Of a stretch of DNA of 64,000 bases, positions 42,786-53,085 are shown piece after piece. A program made the translations under genes and the position numbers. Every line of letters starts with the position of its first letter. Within the stretch, counting starts at the first letter, position 1. The notes beneath the pieces are model-generated. The model was not told the DNA's origin. It saw only the letters and a list, made by a program, of their open reading frames with translations, and did not search any database. The DNA is from an uncultured Alphaproteobacteria bacterium. Its GTDB lineage: Bacteria > Pseudomonadota > Alphaproteobacteria > Caulobacterales > Caulobacteraceae. The stretch is from the NCBI GenBank assembly GCA_963719975.1, contig CAVRED010000010.1, positions 9,423 through 73,422 of the forward strand. Reading direction: 5' to 3'.

Positions 42786-43445
42786 TCACTTACGTATTCG
42801 GGAAGTGCGACATGCAGCACCGAAGTGCTGCACGCTCAACCAGAGATCGTTGATCTCTTTAGCCGCCGCGACGTCGGCGGTTTGCTCCTCAGCCGAACCG
42901 CCTCTCTCCAGCGCAGATTGATAGGCCGCGCGCGTGCGCAAAATGACCGGGCTGACCGGGAGGCGCAGGAGACTCAACGCTTCGTGCGCTTTTCTGACGG
43001 CCGGGGGTTCGACGCCCGCCCGCACCGGCGGCGCCTGGTTCAGGACGACCATTGCGGGTTTGCGCAAAGGTCGAATGACTTTGAGCGTCCGCAGCAGGGC
43101 GGCTAGGTCGAGAAGAGTTGGGCGGATCACCAGGATGGAGAGGTCTGCGAGCACAATTGCATGGGCCAGCTCCTCCTCCTCGCCGGCAGGGGTGTCGATG
43201 ACAAGGGCTTCGATGCCCGCTCGCACGGACCATGCCTGGAGCGCGAACAGCCCACGTGAATCGGTCTCGACAACAGCGGGGCCAAGGCCGCGACGTCCCT
43301 TCAAAACATCGACCGCGGAGCGCTGCGGATCGGAATCCGCCAACAAGGTTTTCAACCCACGACGCTGGGCGGCGATCGCAAGATTGATCGCGACGGTCGT
43401 CTTACCCGACCCGCCTTTGCGCGCGATTACCGCTACCGTCCGCAT
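42786..43445 (-). CDS. Orphan ParA-family ATPase
   Basis: Deviant Walker A KGGSGKTT, DSDPQ, VIDTPA; no adjacent parB. Confidence 0.9.
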   Translation of the reverse strand: MRTVAVIARKGGSGKTTVAINLAIAAQRRGLKTLLADSDPQRSAVDVLKGRRGLGPAVVETDSRGLFALQAWSVRAGIEALVIDTPAGEEEELAHAIVLADLSILVIRPTLLDLAALLRTLKVIRPLRKPAMVVLNQAPPVRAGVEPPAVRKAHEALSLLRLPVSPVILRTRAAYQSALERGGSAEEQTADVAAAKEINDLWLSVQHFGAACRTSRIRK

Positions 43446-43816
43446 CCGATCGCCAGTCAGCCGGGAAGGAAGCGCACAGCTGAACCGGGAACGCTAACCG
43501 ACTTACGGCCAGCTTTCCATCTTCGGGGCTTGAAGAACCGCATCGCGTCGGGCAGGTCGCTCACTGCGATCGCGATACGGTTGATCGACCCCAAGAGCCC
43601 AGGCGTCGCGAGAATTTCAGCGTGCGTCATGGCCAGCCCTCCGTGCTCGTCCAATACCGCCGAGGCGAGAGCCCCTGCAACGCGGGCGTGGACGTCAAAG
43701 GAGTGAGGAGTCGCAGCCGTCCGCATTGGGTCGGAAGCCCGCATGCGCCGTACGTGTACAACCCGGAGAGGTCGACGTACGCTGCACCTGTGGTCCGCTC
43801 GAAGGGCCGAGGATGG

Positions 43817-44170
43817 ATGATGCAGATGTCCAGACGTCTCGCTGTGCCCTGCTTCGCGGCGATGACCTGGTTGGTCACCGGCTCTGCGCTGGCGCTCAAT
43901 CCGCAACCGCTGCCGCCGAGGTGCCTGCCAGGCATGCACTGTGGTGGTCCCGGTATTGGGCCACCGAGCTACCAGATCGTTCACAGCTACAACCGCGGTG
44001 AACGCATCGAGCGCGACGACTGGTCACGCACACAGCCCGTCGACTATCGCTCCCAGCATCTTCGTCCTCCGCCGCGCGGCTACGAATGGCGCGAAGTGAA
44101 CGGCCAATACGTCCTCGCCGCCGTCGCCACCGGACTGATCTTGTCGATCATCCTGAACGCCGGCCACTAG
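43817..44170 (+). CDS. RcnB (DUF3315) family protein
   Basis: Signal peptide; VDYRSQHLRPPPRGYEWREVNGQYVLAAVATGLILSII. Confidence 0.85.
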   Translation: MMQMSRRLAVPCFAAMTWLVTGSALALNPQPLPPRCLPGMHCGGPGIGPPSYQIVHSYNRGERIERDDWSRTQPVDYRSQHLRPPPRGYEWREVNGQYVLAAVATGLILSIILNAGH

Positions 44171-44280
44171 CCGCCGGGACCCGGCGCGGCGCCGACAGGG
44201 AGTTGGCGCGGCAGGTCGATCTTGAGAGGACCGCTGACGAGGTTAGCGATCGATCAAGGTTGACGCCCGACAATGGCGTC

Positions 44281-44694
44281 ATGATCCGTGAGAGCGCCCA
44301 CGACGGGTTCGGGGAACCAGAGACCGACCCAAGCCAGCCCTCGACGTCGTCCATTAAGGACGCAGACCGGCGGAGCGGGGTCGAGCGTCGCGCCAACTCT
44401 CGCGCGCGGACTCTCGTCTCCGCAAAGCTCGTCATTGGCGACGAGCGGGTCGATTGCATCGTTCGCAATTTCTCTGTGCGCGGCGCGCAGGTGCGCGTGC
44501 TGGGCCAGGTGGAGCTTCCGCCCACAGTTTCGCTCTTGCTGACGAGCGAGGGCCTGCTGTTCGACGCGACGATCACCTGGCGGAACGGCGACAAGCTCGG
44601 CCTCACCTTCCGCGGCCACCACGACCTTCACCGCGATGGCGACCCGAGCCGCTCGACGGTCCGCGCGATGTGGAAGGACTTGACGCTGCTCTAG
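44281..44694 (+). CDS. PilZ-domain protein
   Basis: ERRANSRART (RxxxR), CIVRNFSVRGAQV (NxSxxG), WRNGDKLGLTF. Confidence 0.88.
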   Translation: MIRESAHDGFGEPETDPSQPSTSSIKDADRRSGVERRANSRARTLVSAKLVIGDERVDCIVRNFSVRGAQVRVLGQVELPPTVSLLLTSEGLLFDATITWRNGDKLGLTFRGHHDLHRDGDPSRSTVRAMWKDLTLL

Positions 44695-44734
44695 CCCCTT
44701 GCCCGCCGCCGGCCCGGAGCGCGACGTCTGGCGC

Positions 44735-44947
44735 TCAGCCCCGCCTCAGCGAAGACACCAAAGCGAAGGCGCCGATCGCCGCCGTGCCGGTCCCGATGAA
44801 CAACCAAGTCCACGAACGACCCTGAACGGCGGCGCAGTCCGCAAAGCAGAGGATTGGCCGCAACCGAACGATTCCAGCCCCCTGCAGCAGCCACAGCCCT
44901 CCTAACAACAAAGCCAGGGTGGCGACGAGGCGGACGAGTATCCTCAC
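44735..44947 (-). CDS. Small two-TM membrane protein
   Basis: LLLGGLWLLQGAGIVRLRPILCFADCAAVQGRSWTW. Confidence 0.65.
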   Translation of the reverse strand: MRILVRLVATLALLLGGLWLLQGAGIVRLRPILCFADCAAVQGRSWTWLFIGTGTAAIGAFALVSSLRRG

Positions 44948-45367
44948 GGGGCTCCTCGGGCCCCAACGGAGCGCCTGCCATTTTGCGCGCAGCCTCGCTT
45001 AGCCCGGCCTGATCCGCAATGTCGGCTCTTGCGCGGTCCCCGCCGCAGGGGCGATCGCCGCTGCCGGGGCTCGCGCCCGCGGGTGTCGGCCGATCGACCT
45101 CCGCCGATCGAGGGGGGCTGGGGGGGACAGGTTCCAAGACCGAGCACGAACCGATCGGCCGACGCTTGCTCATACAGCGCCTGCCAAGGCAAAGCCAAGA
45201 CCGGAAGACGGCGGTTTAATGTCGCGGCGGATGGCAGAGATCTCCGCGTTGGGTCGGGGCGGGATAGATTTGCGGCGCGCCTGGGGCAGACGTTCGAGCC
45301 TAGCTCGGGACCCGCCGGCGCGCTTGCTCAAGCTTTGTGGGGCGCCGGTAGGTGGTGGCGATCAATG

Positions 45368-47102
45368 TCATGGCTTGAGGGGGATGTTCTCGTAGTAGGG
45401 GATCGGGATCTCGCCCTCGACATCGATGCGACCCACCATCATCGCGGTGACTGGATGAGCGACGTCGGCATCGGTCATGATGTTGAGGCAGGTTGGCCGT
45501 CCGGACCGCTGCGCGCGGCGCACCGCTGGCGCGATGTCTTCGAACCGCGTGATCTCCTCGCCGGCGCAGCCGAATCCCTCGGCGACCTTGTTATAGGCGC
45601 TGGCGGCGAGCTTGACCGCAGTCAGCTTCTGACGGCCGAACACGAGCTCCTGGCCGTGCTGGGACATGCCCCAGGCTGCGTTGTTGAAGACGACGGTGAG
45701 GATCGGCAGGCCGTGGCGAGCCATGGTGTCGAACTCAGCGATGTGAAAGCCCACCGCGCCGTCGCCCGCGATAATCGCCACCGGCTTGCCGGGACGGGCG
45801 CGCGCCAAACCGATCGCGTAACCCTGGCCGACGCCGAGCGTTCCCAGATACCCGTTGCCGATGTAGAGGCCAGGACCCGGCGAGCGTCCGAACGGCTGGA
45901 ACCATGCCGGCGCCTCGCCTCCGTCGTAGGCGATCGCCGTCTGCGGATCGAGGGCTTCGGCCACCGCCCGAGCTGCGTGGAAGGGATGGATCAGCCCCGG
46001 GCCGGTCTCGACCGGCGCATCCTTGAAAGCCGCGCCGCCCGCCTCACGCAGCGTCCTGAGCAGCCCGAGCCATGCGTCGCGCTTGGGCCACTTGCGGCCA
46101 ACGGCGGCGGTTGAGAGCGCGGCGAGCGCCTCGGCGCTGTCGGCTGTCACCGCGATGTCGGGGGTTCGCAGACGCCCGATCTCTGCGCCGTCGACGTCGA
46201 TCTGAACGAACGCCGCGCTGTGCGGGATGATCGAACCGCCGCGCCCGCCGAGGAAAAGCCCCGCGCGGGCGCCAAGCAGGATCACGAGGTCGGCGGGCTG
46301 CTTCGCCCCCATCGCCGCCGCGCCCAGGGTTCCGGCAGGTCCGGCGCTCATCGGATGTTCGGCGGCAATCGCGCCGTTGGCTTTGCTGCTGGTGAGGATC
46401 GGCGTGCCGGTGCTCTCGGCGAAAGCGGCGAGCAGCGCCGGGCAACGTGGCGAGAGCGCGCCGCCCCCGACGATCATCGCCGGGCGCTCGGCCTGGGCGA
46501 GGAGGTCGAGGATGCGCACGACGGCCTCTGGCGACGGCGCGGGTCTCGCCGACATCTCTGGCAGGGTGGGGAGAGTAAGGGCGCTCTCGTCCATCGGCGC
46601 GAACATTACGTCGATCGGGAACCTCGAGGAACACCGGTCCCGGACGGCCCGAGGTCGCCGTGCGCACCGCCTTGTCGACCAGATCGGCGATGCGTTCGAC
46701 ATTGGTGATGCGATGCGACCACTTGGTGACCGGCGCGGCCATCGCGACCTGATCGAATCCACCCTGTAGCGGGTTTGTCGCCACCTCGCGCAGCGGCGGC
46801 GATCCGGCGATGAACAGCACAGGCGTGGCGTCGAGCCAGGCGTCGACGATCGCGGTCAGCGCATTGGCGAAGCCGGGTCCGGCCGTGATCACGCAAACGC
46901 CGATCTGTCCGGTGGCGCGCGCGTAGGCCTCCGCCGCATGCCCGGCGGTCGCCTCGTGGCGCGTGTCGGTCAGCTGGATGCCTTCGTCGGGACAGGCGAC
47001 CAGGAAGGCGTCAAGGTGGCCGCCATGCAGCGCGAATACCTCGCTCACGCCCAGCGCACGCAAGCTCTTGGCCAACACGCCGCCGCCGGTGATGCGAGTC
47101 AT
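45368..47102 (-). CDS. ThDP-dependent enzyme, benzaldehyde lyase/acetolactate synthase-like (frameshift near 46620)
   Basis: ITGG, FALHGGH, DTRHEATAGHAAE, TNPLQGGFDQVAMAAP, GDGAVGF...NNAAWG. Confidence 0.9.
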
Positions 47103-47200
47103 ATCGACCTCCCGGGCCTATGGCGTTCTTGGCCCTGGTGAAACACCAAGGCTCGAGCGCGGTGATCGATCTTTCCACCCCCGCCGCGAATGTCCACGGG

Positions 47201-48004
47201 TCAAGGCGTCGCGACTGACAGCCCCGCGGCGGACAGTAGACGAGGCAGGTTGGGCTGGCCCGTGTGGGCGGTGACGCCGCCGTCCACCGCGATCGCGGCG
47301 CCGACGATGTAGGAGGCGTCGTCGCTGGCGAGGAACGCCGCGACCGCAGCAATCTCCTCGGGCCGCGCGAAGCGGCCGAGCGGCACGGCTTCGTCCCAAA
47401 TCTCGCGCACGCCGGGCAGCTGGTTTACGCCTGCGATCAGTGGCGTATCGACCGGACCGGGGCAGATCGCGTTGATGCGGATCCCCTCGCGCGCGTGATC
47501 GATGGCGGCGGCGCGGGTGTAGTTGATCACCGCGCCCTTGGCGGCGTTATAGGCCGCAAAACTGTAGTCGCCAGCCAGTCCGGAGATCGAAGCGGTGTTC
47601 ACGATGGCGCCGCCGCCACGCAGGCGCATCAGCGGAATCGCGGCCCGGCAACCGTGGAAGACGCCCGTCAGGTCGATGTCGATCACACGCCGCCAGTCGT
47701 CCAGCGCGAGGTCGGGGGTGGCGGCGAAGCTGCCGACGCCGGCGTTGTTGAACACCACGTCCAGGCCGCCGAAAGTGTCGGCCGCGCGCCGCATGAGGCC
47801 CTCGACCTGATCCCAGGCCGCGACATCGGTGTGCACGTAGAGTGCCCGCTCCGAGCCGAGATCGCGCGCCGCCGCTTCGCCCAGCGCGTCGTTGACGTCG
47901 GCGATCACGACCATCGCGCCCTCAGCGGAGAACCGCCGCGTGGCCGCAAGGCCGATGCCGGATGCGCCGCCCGTAACGACGACGACCTTGTTGTCGAACC
48001 GCAT
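47201..48004 (-). CDS. SDR oxidoreductase
   Basis: TGGASGIG, NNAG, YNAAK, VDGG. Confidence 0.95.
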   Translation of the reverse strand: MRFDNKVVVVTGGASGIGLAATRRFSAEGAMVVIADVNDALGEAAARDLGSERALYVHTDVAAWDQVEGLMRRAADTFGGLDVVFNNAGVGSFAATPDLALDDWRRVIDIDLTGVFHGCRAAIPLMRLRGGGAIVNTASISGLAGDYSFAAYNAAKGAVINYTRAAAIDHAREGIRINAICPGPVDTPLIAGVNQLPGVREIWDEAVPLGRFARPEEIAAVAAFLASDDASYIVGAAIAVDGGVTAHTGQPNLPRLLSAAGLSVATP

Positions 48005-48113
48005 GGGGCCTCCGCTCGTGTGGTTGAGCGACATCTACCCCGTGTGCCGCCTCGTCAGTCGAGGCGGCGCTCGGCCACCAGACCGGCCAGCCCTGGGTCG
48101 CAAGCGTGCGGTC

Positions 48114-49373
48114 TTAGAAGAAGACGTAAGAGCGGACCACGACGTTCTTGCGGCATCGGGCGTCGGGGGGCGCGGTGGGGTCGACGCAAGCGGTGTGGAA
48201 GGACCAGCGTGAGACCGAGCCATCGGTCAAGGAGTCGTAGCACTTGAGCATCGAGACCTCGGTCGGCGTCTGCCGCGGGAACCAGTACCACTCGTGCTCG
48301 GGACGATAAGTGAAGCGAGTCGTCTCGCCGACGCGGTCGTCATAGATGCGATAGTTGGTGATGTACGGCTGGCTGGCGAACGAGGGCCAGGCGCAGAGCA
48401 CGAAGGGGAACTGTTCGACCGTCTCCATCGGTTTGGCGAGATTGATCGACATGAACCGGCGCGACATCTTCCTGTCGGCCTCTTCCTCGGTGTGGCGCTG
48501 CTCGCGACCGAAGTTCCGCAAGTTCTTGGTCAGCAGCTCGCGGCAGCGCACGCGGCCTGAGTTGTCGTTCAGGTCGTTGTGCACAAGGTTGGCGTAACCG
48601 GCGTTCACGCCCGGGTTCTTGCTGTCCTGGTCTTCCCTGCGATCGCCCGCATAGTCCTTGTCGAAGACGTCGTGATTGTAGACCAGCGCATCGGTCGCGC
48701 CCGGGAAGAACTCGAGCAGCAGCTTTTCGATCTCGATGTAGAAAACGCGCTCCACTTCGGCCGGATCGTAGAAGTTCGTGCATGCGGACTGAAGGTGCGC
48801 CAGCGAGACGCCAAGCCGGTCCATGCACTCGGGAGTGCTGGGCGAGAGGCCCGGGTAGTACTCGCCGATCCGCCGCGCGTCGCGCAGGACCTGCGGGAAG
48901 AAGAGGTTCCGCCGTCCGTTGTCCTTCTCGTTCTGGCGCAACTTCGCCGCGACGTCGGCGCGCGCCGGGTCGCGCCACAGGGCGTTGGACGGGACGATCG
49001 AGTAGGTTGGCCCCTCGTAGATCGTATAGGGCAGCGGCAACGCGAGGCCGCCTTCGGGCGCAGCGACGCCCTGCTCGCGGATGTAGTCCATGCACTCTTC
49101 GTAGCGGCGGAATCCGGGGCCCCAGCGGGTCTCGATCGGGCCCGGCGGCGCATTTTCGATCATGTCGATGACGCGCTGGCCCTCGCCCGCGGTGAACGCC
49201 TTGAGCGCATCCTCGAGCGCCGCCGTCGTTCCCGCATCGCCCTGCCGCTCGAACGACATATACGAGAGGCCGCCGTTCGCTGCGATCGCCGGCGGCTGCC
49301 CATCCGTGCGCTGCAGCGATGGCACGTAGGAGGAGGGGGCTGCTTGCGTTTCGGCGAGGTCGAGCGTGCTCAT
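48114..49373 (-). CDS. CmcJ/NvfI-family oxidoreductase-like protein
   Basis: EVERVFY.E.EKLL, YNHDV, VHND, HEWYWFPRQT.TEV.MLKCYDS, SFHTAC.DP.AP.DA..R. Confidence 0.75.
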   Translation of the reverse strand: MSTLDLAETQAAPSSYVPSLQRTDGQPPAIAANGGLSYMSFERQGDAGTTAALEDALKAFTAGEGQRVIDMIENAPPGPIETRWGPGFRRYEECMDYIREQGVAAPEGGLALPLPYTIYEGPTYSIVPSNALWRDPARADVAAKLRQNEKDNGRRNLFFPQVLRDARRIGEYYPGLSPSTPECMDRLGVSLAHLQSACTNFYDPAEVERVFYIEIEKLLLEFFPGATDALVYNHDVFDKDYAGDRREDQDSKNPGVNAGYANLVHNDLNDNSGRVRCRELLTKNLRNFGREQRHTEEEADRKMSRRFMSINLAKPMETVEQFPFVLCAWPSFASQPYITNYRIYDDRVGETTRFTYRPEHEWYWFPRQTPTEVSMLKCYDSLTDGSVSRWSFHTACVDPTAPPDARCRKNVVVRSYVFF

Positions 49374-49544
49374 GGGGCGCCTCCGGATTGGTCCGGCTTC
49401 ACCCTGGCAGACAGCGCCGGCGTTTTCCAGACCATCTCCATGCCGCCTGCGCCGTCCCCGATCGCGAACCATCAGCTTGGCCACGAACAAATGGTCCGAT
49501 AGCGTAAGGCAAGGCTCGTCGGGCATCGCCTACGAGGGGCGGAC

Positions 49545-50631
49545 ATGGCGCGGTGGATTTTAGTAGGCTTCACGGGCGAGGACCGCCCCTTGGCCGTACA
49601 GATCCGACGAGGTTTGAGCGCCTGCGGGATCGACGTCTCTGTCTATCGCCCCGAGGCCGGCTCGAGGCATCTTGCGCTTCAGCCAGAGGTTGGCGGAACT
49701 CATTGCGCTCTGGACCCCAAGTTCGCTCGGCAACGAAGCAATGCGCGGAGAAGCGCGCGAAGCCTTATGCAGCGAAAGGCTTATCAACGTCGTTGTCGGT
49801 ACGCCTGCAGCGCCATTCGGGCCGCCCGCGGTTTCGCTTGAGGGGTGGGACGGGAGCGAGCCGAGTTCGCGTTGGAATGAACTCGTCGACGCCGTGCTGG
49901 TAGTGGTTGATCGGGGTGTGCGCGTGGAGTTCGCCGGCACGGCGATGACGGGGGCTAGGCTCGACGGATCAGGTGACCTGGCGGTCTTCGAAAGGAACCG
50001 CATGCCCGCAGAGGCGAGCGGGTCCGTTTCACTCTCTGGCGCACGGCCCCCCCTGTGGGCAGCCGAGGAGAGGGGCCCCGTCACGGCGCCCCGTTTGAGC
50101 CGACTTGCACTACTCATTTCGATTTCCGTTTCGGCCCTGACGGCGGGCGGCTTAGCGGTGGCGCTTTTGGCTCAGGGGCGACACGCCTCGACTTCCGAGG
50201 TGGCCTCTGCAGCTGGAGGAAGCCCCTCCTCCGCTGCCTCTATGGCAGCCACGGCTACCTCAGGCGCCGCCCAAAGTCCGGAGGCGATCGCGGCGGCCGC
50301 GGCAACGAGCGTTGATACAAGGGCGCCTGCCATCGCGGCGTTGAGGGAGAACGTGGAGCCAACCAAGGTCAGCGCCGATCCCCTCACTGCCCCGAGTGAC
50401 TCCGCGGTGGCTGCATCGAGCGAGGCCTCCCAGGCAGCGCCCAACGATGCGCTTGCCGCAACGTCGAGTTCCGGGGCGCAGCTTAGCGGGGTCCATGTTG
50501 CGACCTTTGGCGCCGCCCCTGCGGCCGCGACGAATGTGGCGCCGGCCGTTAGTCCTCCAAGCGCTGGATCGAGCGAGGAGCGGCCCGCGAGTGGAACCGC
50601 ACCGCTGACGCGCCCAACCGACACGCCCTGA
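49545..50631 (+). CDS. TIR-like domain plus TM plus Ala/Ser-rich tail (frameshift near 49670)
   Basis: WILVGFTGEDRPLAVQIRRGLSACGIDV / LIALWTPSSLGNEAMRGEAREAL..RLINV..LEGWDG....WNELVDAV; TM LALLISISVSALTAGGLAVALLA. Confidence 0.6.
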
Positions 50632-50771
50632 GTTGACTCCCCTGGCGCGGCGGCGGAATCGGCAGCCGACGGGGTGTCAGATGACTCCGCGGCGGGCCGA
50701 CGGCGCCCGACGCCTCGACCCTGCGAAGGTGGGGGGAGCGATGGCGTCTGATGCCTCAATGCGCAGCGCCG

Positions 50772-52067
50772 CTAAGTGGCGCGGTCGACAGTCCGGAGCA
50801 CACGGACCGCCTCCTGGCGGCGTTCAGCGTCTTGCGGCGAATCGCCTGAAGCGACCAGGTCGAGCCACTTGCGCGCTTCGGCGTTGTTCCGCGGAGCACC
50901 GGAGCCCTTCGCGTACATCTCGCCCAGCTCGAGCTCAGCGTCGGCGTCGCCTTGTCCGGCGGACATAAGGAGCCAGCGGAGCGCGATGGCCCCGTCCTGA
51001 GGAACCCCCTCGCCGCGCTGGTACATCAAGCCGAGGTTGAATTCCGCTCCAGCGTTCCCCAAACTCGCCGCTCTCAGGAACCAAGAGAGCGCTGCGGCTT
51101 CGTTCTGTGCGGGCGTTTGGGCCCCCGGGGCCTGTGCGGCGGCTACCGCGCTCGCGGGGGCGGTCTCTGTTCGAAGACTGTCTTTCAATGGATCGCGCTC
51201 TTGATGCGCCGCCGCTCCGCCCGCTTCGATCATATCCGGCTCGACGTGAAGGTGGGGGCCTTGGGTCCCATGGCTGGTCTCAGGAAACAGCCGCCTGAAC
51301 CCGATGCCGCTTCGACGCAAGCTGATCGCCGCCTGCTCCGGCGACATGCCTACGACAACGATGTCGAATGCGCCCGGCGCCTCGATGTTGCCCAGGGAGT
51401 GCCGCGATAGTGTTCCAGGCGGGACGGTCTCGGCGCCTTGCGCGCGAAGCTCGTTCTCCCGAGCAGGTGATCGATAGCCTCCTGTCTCACGCCAATTTCC
51501 TGTCCCAAACACACCGTTCATCAGATCGATGAATCGCGCCTGCGGCATGCCTGACACGCTGCTGCGGGGCTGCCGTGCGGCGTCTAGATAAATCAAGCCG
51601 AGGCCAAGATCCGCGTCGGCGTCCAATTGGGCGGCGGCTTTGCGGTACCAAGCCAGCGCCTGACCCACATCCCTCGGCACGCCCCGGCCCTGGGCGTACA
51701 TCGCGGCGAGACGGACCTCGGCGCTGCTGTAACCTTGTGTGGCGGCTTTGATGTACCAATCCGCCGCTGCCGCGTTGTCGCGTGGCACGCCCTCGCCAGT
51801 CTCGTACATCACGCCAAGATTGAACTGCGCGCCGGGGTTCCCTTGATCGGCAGCCTTTCGGTACCAATCGATGGCTTGAGCGTCGTCCCGCGGAACGCCC
51901 TGACCTTGGCTGTACATCCGACCCAGATTGTATTCCGCGGGGACGCTCCCGCGCTGCGCAGCGTCAAGAAATGCGCCCGCGGCAGCCGCGTAGTCCTGGC
52001 GCTGGGCTGCGGCAAGGCCGTCCTCATAGGACTGCGCTGCGGCGGCGCCGACCACGCCCAGAACCAA
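50772..52067 (-). CDS. Sel1-repeat protein with inserted peptidase M15-like domain
   Basis: AEYNLGRMY..G.GVP.D..A..WYRKAA repeats flanking GGYRSP...SRH...AFDIVV...PHLHVE. Confidence 0.85.
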   Translation of the reverse strand: MVLGVVGAAAAQSYEDGLAAAQRQDYAAAAGAFLDAAQRGSVPAEYNLGRMYSQGQGVPRDDAQAIDWYRKAADQGNPGAQFNLGVMYETGEGVPRDNAAAADWYIKAATQGYSSAEVRLAAMYAQGRGVPRDVGQALAWYRKAAAQLDADADLGLGLIYLDAARQPRSSVSGMPQARFIDLMNGVFGTGNWRETGGYRSPARENELRAQGAETVPPGTLSRHSLGNIEAPGAFDIVVVGMSPEQAAISLRRSGIGFRRLFPETSHGTQGPHLHVEPDMIEAGGAAAHQERDPLKDSLRTETAPASAVAAAQAPGAQTPAQNEAAALSWFLRAASLGNAGAEFNLGLMYQRGEGVPQDGAIALRWLLMSAGQGDADAELELGEMYAKGSGAPRNNAEARKWLDLVASGDSPQDAERRQEAVRVLRTVDRAT

Positions 52068-52278
52068 ACAAGTTGCGGCGCCGACGCACCCGAACAGCCT
52101 AGGCGCTAGCCGAGTCGAGGGCTCCCTGACATGGCCGGCGATTGCGGGCTGAGGGTCGAGCTGCGGCTGCGTTTGTCCCCGCAGGCTCGCCGCTTCAGGA
52201 TCTCTGCTGATGTGACCATTGAGCCCCGCTTGGCAAGGAGCGTGCCTACGGCCTCGGCCGCAAAACCGGCAGGCCGAC

Positions 52279-52608
52279 CTATCCGGTCCGCCGCATCTCT
52301 TCGGTGTTCATCGGCGGCGCATAGACGCTGACCAGTTCGGCCAGCTCGAGGCGCCGTTGGGCGGCGGCGATGTTCAGCCGTGTGTAGAGCCCCGTCGCGC
52401 CAAAATCGCCTTCCGCCTCGGCCCACCGATCCTGCGCGTGCGTGGCGAGATCATCGGTCTCACCGGCAAAGAGGACCTCCTGCCCGGGGCCTTCCCCGCG
52501 TACATAGAGAAAGTTCCCGGCGCGCCGCGACAACGGCTGGCCGGTCCGGTGCAACACAAACCGAAGCGGCTCACCTGACCTCGTCCGACACTCGATCTGA
52601 TCCTTCAT
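52279..52608 (-). CDS. Hypothetical protein, possible degenerate GIY-YIG fold
   Basis: GNFLYVR...VLFAGETDDL...RRLELAELVSVYAPPMN; GGAGG RBS. Confidence 0.6.
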   Translation of the reverse strand: MKDQIECRTRSGEPLRFVLHRTGQPLSRRAGNFLYVRGEGPGQEVLFAGETDDLATHAQDRWAEAEGDFGATGLYTRLNIAAAQRRLELAELVSVYAPPMNTEEMRRTG

Positions 52609-53085
52609 TACCCACCTCCACGCGCTGCGAGTTGCGTCTGCGTCAACAGGTAAGCCACTCGAATTTTAGCGCGGCAGCGCCCCTCCGACCATGGGGATCG
52701 GCCGCTTCTCCGGGGAATGTTCGTTTTGGTTTGGAGGCCGGGAATGTTCCGGCTTGGTGAGCGCCCCGTGTGCTGGATTGGCGCCCGCCACATAGCCTGA
52801 AGGCCCAGCGGGGGGTAGCCATCCACGGCTGCGCTGGGCCTTCTGCCAATCCGGCTCCGGGGGAGGGGCCGGACGGGCCGGCGATCCTGTGCACAAAATC
52901 AACGTCAGGACAACGCTGGCGCCGGGCGAGGGGCATCCCATCGGGATAGGGGCGAGCGGACGCTGCCCCGGGGCGGAGAGTGGACCTTCCCTTCGCCAAG
53001 AAGCTCTGGCTCGCCTATGGCGCGAGGCTTGAGTCTCCAACAGGCGCTGGCCCGATATGGGATCGGGCGGACCGGGAGAGACTCC

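Noticed and set aside
42786-43445. ParA as evidence of a plasmid replicon or as MipZ
   Set aside because: No parB, rep gene or iterons nearby, and I did not recognise MipZ-specific motifs; short orphan ParA
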